Shown in pieces: positions 49,354 to 60,815 of a DNA stretch of 64,000 nucleotides. The stretch is from Bilabrum cf. latius (Eukaryota), in NCBI GenBank assembly GCA_965178125.1, contig OZ237769.1:248001-312000 (forward strand), given 5' to 3'. Every line of letters starts with the position of its first letter. Position 1 is the stretch's first letter. The translations under genes were made by a program, and so were the position numbers. Under the pieces are notes generated by a model. That model did no database searches. It saw nothing but the letters and a program-made list of their open reading frames with translations, and was not told the origin of the DNA.

Positions 49354-52300
49354 TCACACCTGCTCTGCCGGCGCCTTGTCTGGGATAGAGCTCCTTTTCA
49401 TGGCACTTTCCCCCGAACTCCTGGCTTTTCCACTGCCACCATCTGCTCTCGTGTTTGCATCATCATGGGAATCGCTGTCTGTGCGCCTCAGCCTTGCCAT
49501 TGCTAGGCACGCTACCGCTCCCAGCACCGCTGCAGAACCCACGATGACTATGGCAAGGGCTCCTGCATCCAGCCCATCGTCATTGCTATTCCTATCTTCC
49601 TCGAAATCAGTAGTTTCTGCAACATGGGAGTTGCTTGGACTAACTCTGGCAGCAGCATTAGTAGCGGGGCTAACGGTGGCTGTAGTTGAGGTGCTGGGGC
49701 TGGCTGTGGTGCTGGGGCTGGCTGTGGTGCTGGGGCTGGCCGTGGTGCTGGGGCTGGCCGTGGCGCTGGGGCTGGGGCTGGCCGTGGTGCTGGGGCTGGG
49801 GCTGGCCGTGGTGCTGGGGCTGGGGCTGGCCGTGGTGCTGGGACTTGACGATGCACTTGGCGATGGTGATGGTGATGGCGGGGGTTGCAGATTTATAATC
49901 CAAGCTGCCCCTGCACTATCGGCTCCGTCAGAATCTTGCGATGCCCCCACAACTATCTCTGGCGAACCCTGACCGTCGAGGTCGCCAAGTGACGCCACGG
50001 AGGATCCAAACCAATCGAGCCTACCAAGACTCCCAGTAAAGCCGCCCTGGGTACTAGAGATCTTCTGGTGGGACTTCACAGTGCCGTTCTGATGCATGGA
50101 GAGAATCCAAACGGCTCCTGTATTAAAATTACCATCATCATCTGTAATTGCCCCCACAGCCATCTCTGGGGTACCGTCTCCATCCAGGTCTCCCACTAAC
50201 GCCACAGATGACCCAAAGCCGTCATCATCTTCGAGAGTCCCAGCAAAGCCACCCTGGGTACTAGAGATCTTCTGGTGCGACTTCACAGTGCCGTTCCGAT
50301 GCATAAATAGGATCCAAACGGCGCCTCTGCCTGACCCATCGTCGCCATCCAAAATTGATCCGACGGCCAAGTCCTGGATGCTGTCACCATCAAGGTCGCC
50401 CAACGACGCCACGGAGGATCCGAACCAAGCAGACCTAGAAAGCACCCCGGTGAAGCCGCCCTCGTTGGAAGATATCTTCTGTTGCGACTTCACAGTGCCG
50501 TTCCGATGCATGGAGAGAATCCAAACGGCCCCGAAGTCGAAGAAACCATAGCGCCGTGCCCCCACAGCTATCTCTAGGGTACCGTCTCTATCCAGGTCTC
50601 CCACTGACGCCAGAGATGACCCAAAGTTGTCATCCTCACCAAGAGTCTCGGCAAAGCCACCCTGGGTACTAGAGATCTTCTGGTGCGACTTCACAGTGCC
50701 GTTCCGATGCAAAAATAGGATCCAAATGGCGCCTGCATTAGAATTACCATCATTATCCCAAAATGATCCGACGGCCAAGTCCTGGATGCTGTCACCATCA
50801 AGGTCGCCCAACGACGCCACGGAGGATCCAAACTGGTCAAGGCGGGCCAGAGTCCCGGAAAAGCCGCCCTAGGTACTAGAGATCTTCTGTTGCGACTTCA
50901 CAGTGCCGTTCCGATGCATGAATAGAATCCAAATGGCACCTGCAAATTCGCTGCCGTCGCTATCCCCCTGTGCACCCACAGCCATGTCCGGTATGCCATC
51001 CCCATCCAGGTCGCCCAACAATGCTACAGAGGACCCGAACTTGTTGCTAACGCTTAGAGTCGCCTTGAAGTTACCATCGGTGGCAGATATCTTCTAAAGC
51101 TACCCGACAACGTCATAATAATCCTACAGCCGCCTGACAACTTTCGATGCCTTCTGTACCGCACTTGGTCTCACAGGCTCAGCTAAGCCGTCCGTGACAT
51201 GCTACACATGGCTCACAGGGTGACGATACAATACACCCCCTTCTTTGCAGCGCAGCTAATTCGACCCACATGCATGCTACCACTTGTCAAAGCCCTCAAG
51301 CGCGACCACCCTTGCGTCAGTGTCGTGCACGCAGAAGGCCTCCCCCGATCTGACGGCATCCCAGACGCCCACGCAGTCGTGCTTGGCACTGTCATCAGCT
51401 GTATGGTATGAAGCTTTGATTCCAACCAAATAAGCCTCATCCAATCGTTCTTTTTCCCCCAAATGAGCAGTTATCACAGCTACCGGATCCTGTCCAACGT
51501 TTCTGCTGGGCAGAAGACCCATGGGTCCAGTGCTAGCGTCGCTAAACCGGATGTACCCAGGCAGGTCCTACGCCGTGTCAAACACAAAAGCACCTTCATC
51601 TCCCACGCAGGTCCTTTCAACAGACCTGTCCAGCGGGAGGGAGGCGTGGCTCTGGATTGTAGCCCTGGTGATTGCATTGGCGCAGACGGCTCTGGCTCCC
51701 TCCGAAGTGCCCATCTGGTCGCATACCCAGCCGCCCCCGCAGTGCTGCATGGATGAAATGCCAGCCATGTAGAAGAGTCCCGTCGGTGTACCAGCGACGG
51801 AACTACCTGCTAGAACAAGCTTGGTGACTGCGGGCGGAGTCTATGCAGAGGATGCGTCCAGGCAGACAGGCTCCATCCCTCCCTTGGACCCACCCATCTT
51901 GCCGTAAAAGCATCCCGTGTTGCGATCCACCCGCACCAACCCATGCCCATCAGTAGCGGCATGTTCTGCAACAGAGACGCGAAGGTTGATATCACGACGG
52001 GCATCGTGGCAAGCCACCATGGAACCCAAGTCGGCGTCGTCGGCGAGGGAGCGAAATAACCCCACAAGGCACACCACGTCCTCGCTCAGCCACTCAAGGG
52101 ATGACTGCACATACTGTAGCCGCGCCATCCCGGCAGATGTGCCCATGGCACCGGTGGGGATCAAGGCCGCATGCTGATCCGAAGAGGTGTTGTACACAAA
52201 CCAGGCGTCCGCGAGGCCGCTGCCTGATGCAAGCACGTACGACACCATATCTCTATATGAAGATGGTACCGGAAAGCCATAATGCCACTGGAAATCGCCG

Positions 52301-52632
52301 TCCAGATGCCCAAAGGAGCCCGCATCGAGCTGTTGTGCGGCCATATGGCTGATGGCTGCACGACACGAGGCCTAATCGCAGTCCAGAGGGAGCCTCATCG
52401 GCCGAATCTCGGAATTCGACGACATATTCGCAAGCATAAATGTACTTTGTCCAACCTGAGCGGCATAGTGGACCTGCAACTTATTGGTGGGGCTGTTGGC
52501 GACTGGAGATTCGCACGTGATAGACATGGCGCGTGCGCAGATGGAATCTAGATCCATCATGTTTGTGGGGTGCGCGCGAGCCCCTGAGCTCGCAGTGAGA
52601 GCACATATTGCAAACAATACGACTAGTACCAT
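49354..52632 (-). CDS. Type I membrane protein with FG-GAP (integrin-alpha-like) repeats, 1092 aa
   Basis: Signal peptide MVLVVLFAICALTASSGARA. About six repeats of QKISSTQGGF...FGSSVASLGDLDGD...AVG...GAVWIL, then an SPS/T stalk, a TM segment and a short tail. One frame with 10 TAG (52372, 51841, 51568, 51277, 51256, 51202, 51124, 51100, 51094, 50869); ends in TGA. Confidence 0.85.
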
Positions 52633-55105
52633 TCGACTGCGAGATAAGGATGGATGGAAGCGGTGAAAGGGCCACTCATTCACTTTCTTCCCCTTGGCGC
52701 AGCAGATGCTGTCAGTTTGCGCCTAATTCAATGCGCATATGGCCAGTGCGTCGCACCAGGCAACATCATCAATATTATATATAAGTGTGATACTATGTGC
52801 ACACGATGCTTACATTGCTCTTAGTCTCGAGCTTCACACGCCAATTAATTGGACCCCCGGTGGGGCACACCAGGAAATATGAATTAATGCAAACAAAACA
52901 AACGCAACAAACAAAGAAGGCCGGGCGCCACGGTGCCACGTGCAAGGACAAGCGTGTCAGCGGAGGCCTTCCAGGCCGCAGGCACTTCCGGGTGCTCAAC
53001 GTGCTCGAGCAGGTGGTCCGCGAGGCCACGGGCAGACGCCCTATCCGGGAGCCAGAGGCACTTGGGTAATAATTTCTGAAATATGTCTATGCCAGGCGTA
53101 CAGAAGTGTTTTTTGGATTGTTTAGGATACCCAAGCTATCATATTATACTATTTACACATGTATGTAACACCTAAAGGTGATAAAGAGTTCATTATGCGC
53201 CGATCAGTGACTTTGTATGCTAGCAGCTGCTGCGCCACCAGGCACCCTTTCCATGATTTCGAAGCTATATTGCGTCTGAATGACCTCATATTTGATCAAT
53301 ATTGTCATATATATATACACTAGTATTGTAGCAAGTATGAACCAATTTGAGTGCAGTGAAAGTATGGACGTGTGTTCAATGTGCTGTTGGCGAACACATG
53401 CTGCATATATGAAGCTTGGGCCAAATCTGTTCGCAATAATAATAGTTCAGCACCTGGTACATACTAATAGATTAATATATTAGAATAAATGGGCAGCAGA
53501 TAGTGCTTTCATGAAAATATAAGGAAGTTTTGACTCTAGGAACAGAGTCCCCAAGTTGGTGTCTGACGCTTTCCAGACTATGTGGTTCAGTCTACAATTC
53601 CATGCTGAATCTGCAATCACTTCTAGTTATACCTCATTCTAGCGCACTAAAGTGCACGTAACTATACCGGGGAGCTCGACTCACCGGCACTCACAAATAA
53701 TAGCAAATAAGCATACAATAGTACCAAGTGAGAGCTTCCTAGCGAGACAATTGGACCAGATCAGCTGATCTAATCCGATTATCTTCTTGCCTGCCACGCT
53801 GACAGACCCCGAAGGGCAGTCAGCATGGCCGTTGCGGGCCTGCAAAGGGGGGCCATCAAACAAGACTACCCCCTGGGATGATGGGTGGAGGTGGGAAACC
53901 ACCACCACCTTGTGTAGTAAACAAGTGCAACCTAGAATGCGTGACCCCACAGATCTTGTCGTGTAGTAAGTGTGACGAGCACGCCCACACATCTTGGCGT
54001 GTTTGGCACAAACTCCTATTTTACGCGAGATTTAATGAGTATTATTTGGGAAGTCTTTGCTTGAAGTATTTATATATATCGTAATCGTAGTATGGTGAGG
54101 AGTAAACCTCGAAGTAGGCTTCATGCACTGTACTAGGGCTGTGTACCGTACGTGTTGGATCATCTTTACTTTTGATACTTAGATGCGGGCCGATTTGTAT
54201 GAAACGTAAACTACGACTCTCCCAACTAAGCCACATATAGCATGTACATGTGTGATTGGCTCTATTTTATGCTTTGCGTCACTTTTGTGCACTGAGTTGA
54301 AGCCGGAGGTTGGATCGATTGGGCATCATAACTACGTGCACTTTGCATGATGCATGCAGACCAAACTGATTCGATTTTTGCGTTGTTTTGGTTTTTACTA
54401 TTATAGGCCTCATCATATTTGGAGTTTTACCGCTCCATAATCATACATTACTGAGGTCGTTGCCAGTGGCCAGATTCACTGGCTGGTACACATGAGACAG
54501 AGTCGCCCGACTTGGGCATCCATGAGAAAGCTAGAGACTGAAAACGCACTCTTGGTAAAATTAGAACTTCATTGAACCATTGGTATGAGTGAATCTACTG
54601 TTGATGCATTATTGAAGGAGCATAAACGGTAGTTGTTCGTGTCGCTGGCTGACCTAGCACCTCGTGTCACTGAACCAGGTCCCAGGCCATTATTCAGGGT
54701 GGTAGATAACTCCGACCTAGCCGGTTGGATAGAATACCAATCTATGGCATGATTTCAGGTACAGGAAATTGCAGAACAGCAAACGACTTCGGCACAGGAT
54801 ACATGCTTCGCGCACCTCTACCGACAAAAGAATTCAAGACGATCTGTCAGTCCTGAGCTCTTCCACCCCGAATGGAGGCGATTGACTGGAGAAATGCCAA
54901 CCTCCACTCTTCGTGGCCTGCCTCTTCCGTTAATCAGATTACGATGTCTAACGCTACAATTCCTCTTCCCACCTACGGACAAGGTGTTGCGGCGTTCTCC
55001 TTCTTCGCAGAGCCATCCTCATCGCACAGACGCTTATCATCTCATTTGACGTCAACAACGAATCAGACTCTGTCTCCTTAATACCAGGATTCTGACGGTG
55101 CTGCC

Positions 55106-55222
55106 AGCGCTGTTTAGACCGGACCAGAAGCGCTGTTTAGACCGGACCAGAAGCGCTGTTTAGACCGGACCAGAAGCGCTGTTTAGACCGGACCAGAAGC
55201 GCTGTTTAGACCGGACCAGAAG
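55106..55222. repeat. 23-bp perfect tandem repeat x5
   Basis: agcgctgtttagaccggaccaga repeated head-to-tail with no spacers. Confidence 0.95.
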
Positions 55223-55708
55223 TCCCCAACCCGACGGGGTCGTTGGACGCCAGCACTTCGGCCAAGCTCAGCCTCCTTAGCCTGTGGGTGAGGCAGCGGC
55301 CGGAGGTGCAGCAAACGTGGTTGCTGAGGCGGCGCCGGGGGCAGATAATGCTGCAGTCGCCGCAGCCGAAAATGATGCAGATCAGGGCGAAGCTAACGTT
55401 CCACATGCAGCCCCACAAGCTGCCGGCGGGGCCGGAGCGGGGGGTCCTGCGGAGCATAAGGCGGCTGAGTTGGAGGCAGTGTCACTGCCCGACGACGTTC
55501 GCAAGCTGATCCTTGAGTGTGCGTTCTGGCCCGAACGTGAGACAGCGCTTCGTAGTATGAATCTAGATTAGAAAAGGCGAGCCGCATTTTCTCTCTTCCT
55601 AATGGAGACTATGAATGTATCCTCCGCCTGGACCAACGATTCTGGTCAAGGGAAAGTGTTTGCTTTGTTGTATCGCCAGCCGTCGGATTCTCGTGTTCCG
55701 CGCGAAGC

Positions 55709-57835
55709 TGCCAGGCGCAAGACAGTCGTGTTGCTCATCACTTCCAATTATACGGCATTCTAGCGCCTGCAGGTGCACGCAACATGGATCCGAGCCGGGC
55801 ACGCCGGACCACTCGTACCACCCTTACCTGTCCCCGCGCCCTTTGCTCCCAGTTCCGAATCCTCGGAAGTGGCCAGGGGTCCGCTGTCGGCTGCCCTCGG
55901 TCGGCTGATCTGTCGGCTGTGTGATCCTGACCCCGAAAGGCGCATGCGGCTGCACGAGGCGTGGGTGTGTGACGAGTGGGTGCTGTGGGCCAGGAAGCTT
56001 GAGATGGCGGCCAGCGGACGACTATGGGAGGGCTACACAGGTGTGACGAGCGAAGATGCCTTGGAGGACGGTAGCGGCTTTGGGGTGGTGAGGGTGTGCA
56101 GCGCACCCGGCGGCATCGGTGGCGGCGGTGTGACGAGTGAGATCGGTGGCTGGTCTATGCAGCGCTCTCTGTCCTCCTTCAGGTCGGTGCCTCCCTTGGC
56201 GGGCGGTACCCTCCGGCTGCGAGCGAGCACGATGGCCGGAGCAAGTGCTCGGGCGGTGGGACGGAGCTCCTCGAGCCAGTCCTCGGTAGTAGAGAGGAAT
56301 GGGTCGATCAGCCCATAGAGGTGCAAGGGTGGCGCGTGCTCATCTTCTCCCACCGGCGGCGCTTTCGGAGCAAGTGCTCCGCGTTCGCCTGGTTTCATCG
56401 CGAGGAGCAAGAGCGGGGGCGATGGGCTGGAGGGGACGGCCAAGGTTGCCCGGCTGCTCTGAGATTGATCCAAGCATGCGTATATAATGTGAATGTGCAT
56501 TACTAAATATGAGTTTGTTGGTTGGTACCTTGTAAACAATTCCCGTTTCACAGCAAAGTGTGACATGTCTCCCCAGTTGATGAGTGCAGTGGTGACTAAC
56601 TCGTGAACAGTCTGATGTAGTGAGAGCACCCGTAGAACAGGAATTGGGGTCGCAAACAGGGCGCCTCAAAGGGTGTGTGTATTCAGCACTCCGGGTGCCG
56701 CGCCTTTCAGAGCGCCAGCGCACTGCAACTGTCACCGGTCCATCTCATCGCAGCACGAGCTGAAGCATGTTTGCCCGAAGTACTACAACGATAGTCAGTT
56801 TTGGTGATCGAGTCATAGAATTAGCAGAGAAATATCCGCGAGGCAGCCCCAATGATGGCCGTCAAAAGGCAGGGCGTCGAAGGTATCTAAATCTGCGGTC
56901 CACTGGAGCTTCCGCGGCGCGATTCGCCGAAGTTGCAGAAATTATAGAAAGAGGCAGCAATCGTTTGCGTTGCTTAGATCTTCGGAACGACGTAGCAAAA
57001 GTAGAGTCCGTTCTCGCAGCCCTGCCAAATACGAACGTCCGCGCTTTATCCTGCACATGTGAAGAAACTGATGCTGCTGTCCCAGGACTTATATCATGTT
57101 TGATTCCCATGTTGGGTGAATCAGGCGTACTGGCCCGGGTATAGCACTTGGCACTGCATGAATGCGGGCTCACAGCAGACTCTGCTCTCGAACTTGTCGA
57201 AGCAATCGGTTCCGGGCGGCTCAAAAGCCTCACTTCGATTGATCTTACTTGCAACGAAAGCATTGGTGGCTCAGCAAAGCCTGAAGCAGGTGCATAGCTC
57301 GGTCGCTCGGCATTCGCTGCCGGGCTTGCAAGCGTTCTCGGAAGCGGGGGGCCAAGCTGCCGGCTGCAAGAGATTCGCCTAGCGCAATGCAAGCTGCCAG
57401 TAATCGATTGTACCACAATTTTGCGCGCTTTGCACGGCACTGATACCCTAAAAGTCCTCGACTTGAGTGAGAACCACATGTCCGACGCATTGAACACGCT
57501 TGACTACGAACCAATCTTGGACGCACTCGAGCACGGGCTACAGGGCAACTGCTCGCTGCAAGTGCTCGGGATCGGTGGCGAAGCAACGGAGGTACATAAA
57601 GTGGAGCAGGTCCTCGGTGTTGTGTGCCGGCTCTGCGTTTCGCTGCGCTGCGTCTGCTTGTGGTCTTAGATGGAACCAGGCGAGGAGTACGACAGCTTTA
57701 CTTCGGTGCTGGCTGTGACACAGGCAGCAGCCCACCCATTCATGTGGATGGGTGGTGCTTGCTCATTTGAAGAAGGAGGGACGCTTGGGTGCACGGTGTG
57801 CGATCCAATCAGTGGCGCGTGGTGCGACGGCCAGT
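55709..57835. repeat. Copy B of the 2-kb direct segmental duplication
   Basis: Matches 46871-48887, with a 99-nt insertion at 55733-55831. Confidence 0.95.
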
Positions 57836-58893
57836 TCATCCCGCAAAATGGGCACCGTGCCTCTGGCAGTGACAGTGGGGTCACAGAGCGGCGGGAGCTC
57901 AACGTGCATCTGCACAGGAGTCATATCGGATACGATATGGAGAAAATGTGGCGGCACCATGGGGTCTCTTCTGCGCCCGTCGGCAGTGTAGGAGTAGATG
58001 GAGAGCTCGACGCTCGGATCCTTCGGGCGAGAACGGCCCTCGGCAAGTGCGTGTGGCAGCTGCGGCTGGCTGCCCGCAAGCTGTTTGAAGAAGTAAATGC
58101 AGACAGGAGGAAGGCGGTGCAAGGGGCTCTCGATGCATGTGCGGGGTTTGTGGAGGAGGTTTTAATCTTTGTTGTGGAGGAGGTCGCAGTGCCATCATTA
58201 TCGGGAGGGGGTGCATCGCATTATGGTGCAGGCGTGGGTACAGCCGGTGCATCTGCTGCGGGAGTTGATGGGGGTGACAGGCTGCGGGAGGAGGTGCTCC
58301 GTTTGCTGTGCGTGCTGACAGACGTGCTGTGCGAGTGCAACGAGCCAGACGCTATCACGTTCCGTGTCGGTGTACCATACGATGACAACCATACGTATTG
58401 GACGCAAGAATGGTCCTGGAGCCAGTACGATGCAGCCTGCGTGTACGATCCACGCGTGGGAGACAGCTTCCCGTACGTGGGAGCGCGGCTGGTCGATTTG
58501 CTACAGGAGGCATGCATGGCTGCGGAGAGGGGTGGGGTAGAGGGGCACAAGAAACTACGGCGGAGGTGGGTGAGGCTGGTAACCATGCGGAGACAGGACA
58601 AAATAGATGCTATGGTTCGGTGGAGGAGGGCGGTGGAGGCCTGGAGGGACGCTAGGTGCGTGTTCCAGGCCGCGAGCGAGGGCAGGCCCATGGAGCTGGA
58701 GAAGCGGCTGGTGCTGGGCGCAAGAACAGGGGTGCTGGAGGCAAAGCAAGACGTTGAGGTGACAGAAAATGGTGTCCTAGTGACTAAAACAGTGACGGCA
58801 ATTGAGGCGGCCAGACTGGGAGGGCATGACGAGTGCGTGAGGGTGCTGCAATAGGTGCAGGATGCCGTGAAGCTGCACTCTATTACGTTATGA
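56767..58893 (+). CDS. RI-like leucine-rich-repeat protein with a C-terminal ankyrin-like motif, about 700 aa
   Basis: LRRs LRCLDLRN, HLALHECGL, LTSIDLTCN and LKVLDLSENHM; C-terminal TAIEAARLGGHDECVRVL. One frame via TAG 57142, 57295, 57667 (may instead be a splice acceptor) and 58852. TGA at 58891. Confidence 0.7.
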
Positions 58894-59132
58894 TAAGGTT
58901 ATAATTCAATAATCCCGCACTAAATAGTCAATTCTCATGTCACATACCTATTCTAAAGTGAGTGATACTAGGGCTAGGGCAAGCATGGTCGATAGGGTCA
59001 CGATGGGGAGGAGGACGAGGAACGCGGCAGGCGGGGAGAGACCTTCGCCATTGGAATGTTTCCTTTGCTCAACTGCAATTTGTGCTTGAGAAATTATTAT
59101 ACTTGTTGCATTGCCTCGCGGTACGCAACACA

Positions 59133-60635
59133 TCATCGTCCCGCGGACGTAGCGCCCGCTCCCGTGGAACCGAGCATGGAAGCACTTGCTCCGAGGCCGC
59201 CTTTCCGTGTCCCCTTCGCTTTCACTTTCGCCCCCGTCGCCGCGGCTGATCCCGGCGCCGCGCCATCCCCAAGTTCCGCAGCCTTCTCGGCCTGAATCTG
59301 CCTGAACTCTGCGACAATCCTCTTCGGCTTGATGTCCCGGAAGTCGCCCGGAGCGAGTGCTTCGATGTCCGAAGACAGTGCGAGCACCTCTTTGGTCGCA
59401 AGCCGGCCCGCCTTGGCGAGCTGCTTGGCGGCCGCGTCCGCGTCTTGAGGCGACCTGTCTGGATACTTGTCCAGCAGAGCTCTGGATAGGGACCGCAATG
59501 CCTTGGCCCGCTCGGCCCGCAGCTGCCGCCTGAGGGAGGTCAGTCGCGCTAGGATGGCTCCGGATTCCACGTCGGTGTGTTCCTCAGGGAACACAGAGGG
59601 CGCGTGCCGGAGCAAAAACGTCACGTCTTCTAGCGTGCGCAGCGATTTGGTCGCCTCGGCTGCGATGTTCCTAGCCTCTTCCGGCTCGACCCTGTCAAAA
59701 TAAAGCGCCCTGACCTTGAGCTCCACCTGAGCCGACAGCTGCTTCCTCGTGTTCTCCCTGGAAAGAGCCTCGTAGGCTCGCCTGGTGCCCGGAGCACTTG
59801 CCCGAAAAAGGTCTTCGTGCAGCAGTCGCTCGGCGTTACGGACTACCGTGCGCAAGGGGCCGAAATCGACGCCTCCTGTGGTGCCAGCTCCACCGCCAGC
59901 AGCAACGGCAGCGGAGGCAGCCGAGGCGCCGCCCGTGGAGGACTTCCCGGCTGTAGATGAGTGAGAGCCGGCGGTGGACCCCATCATCAGGCTCGCCATG
60001 GTTCCGCTAGCACCGGTTCCCTTGCGCGGCGCCGCGCGGCGCCCGGCGGCCGTGGTGCTGGGCGGCGCGAACTCCTCCACGATCGCGGCAACTAGGGACT
60101 CGAGCGCGCGCTTCCCGGCTGAGGTGTCTGCCTGCTCCGGGAACACGTCCCTGGAAAGCCGCAGATAAAGCTTTGCGCGCAGGTCTGCGCGCACGTCTTC
60201 CTCGGCGAGGCGGCTCACCAGCTCGGCTGCTCCCTTATCGGCGGCCGCTTGCAACGCTGGATCCAGGGTCGTGCCTTCCAAGCAGAGGTCGGTCAGATTT
60301 GGAAGTCGGCTGATCTCGCTGGGTAGAACTGCCAGCTCCGTTCGGGACAGGTCCACCGTTCGCAACCTGCTGCACCGGCTGATTTCCTTGCTCACTACGC
60401 GGAGAGGATTGTCCTGAAGCCAGAGGTCTTGTAGGTTCACAAGCTTCCCAATCCCATCCGGCACGGCTTCAATCATGTTATCATTTAGCTCAAGCCTTCG
60501 AATCACCGCCCCTAGTTCGAACACAGGGGGTGGGATGGCTCGGAGGCCCAAACCAGACAGGGACAGCCATCCCGTCACTTTCGCTTCCTATACGCGAGAG
60601 CGCAGCGCCATACTGAGGGGGACGCATTGCGCCAT
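59133..60635 (-). CDS. Leucine-rich-repeat protein, 500 aa
   Basis: ATG 60635 MAQCVPLSMALRSRV*EAKVTGWLSLSGLGL (TAG 60588). Typical LRRs LELNDNMI, LWLQDNPL and VDLSRTEL. Ends in TGA. Confidence 0.85.
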
Positions 60636-60815
60636 CGTGCTGGTATAAATAATAAGGAACCGGTTGATACTACTATTAACCGCAGGAGCTCGGCATGGTC
60701 GTACGCAGCTGTGGCAACACTCTTTGGTCCGTTGGTTGAAGTTTGCTACATTCATCTTCAGTAATGTCGACACCATAATCGAAAGTAAGAAACGAGTACC
60801 CATGCGCAACCACCA

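Noticed and set aside
52700-55050. Transposon or endogenous virus in the AT-richer block
   Set aside because: I could not identify a transposase, RT, integrase, capsid motif or terminal repeats.
55106-55222. 23-bp repeats as a CRISPR array
   Set aside because: The units are contiguous with no spacers, there are no cas genes, and the context is eukaryotic.
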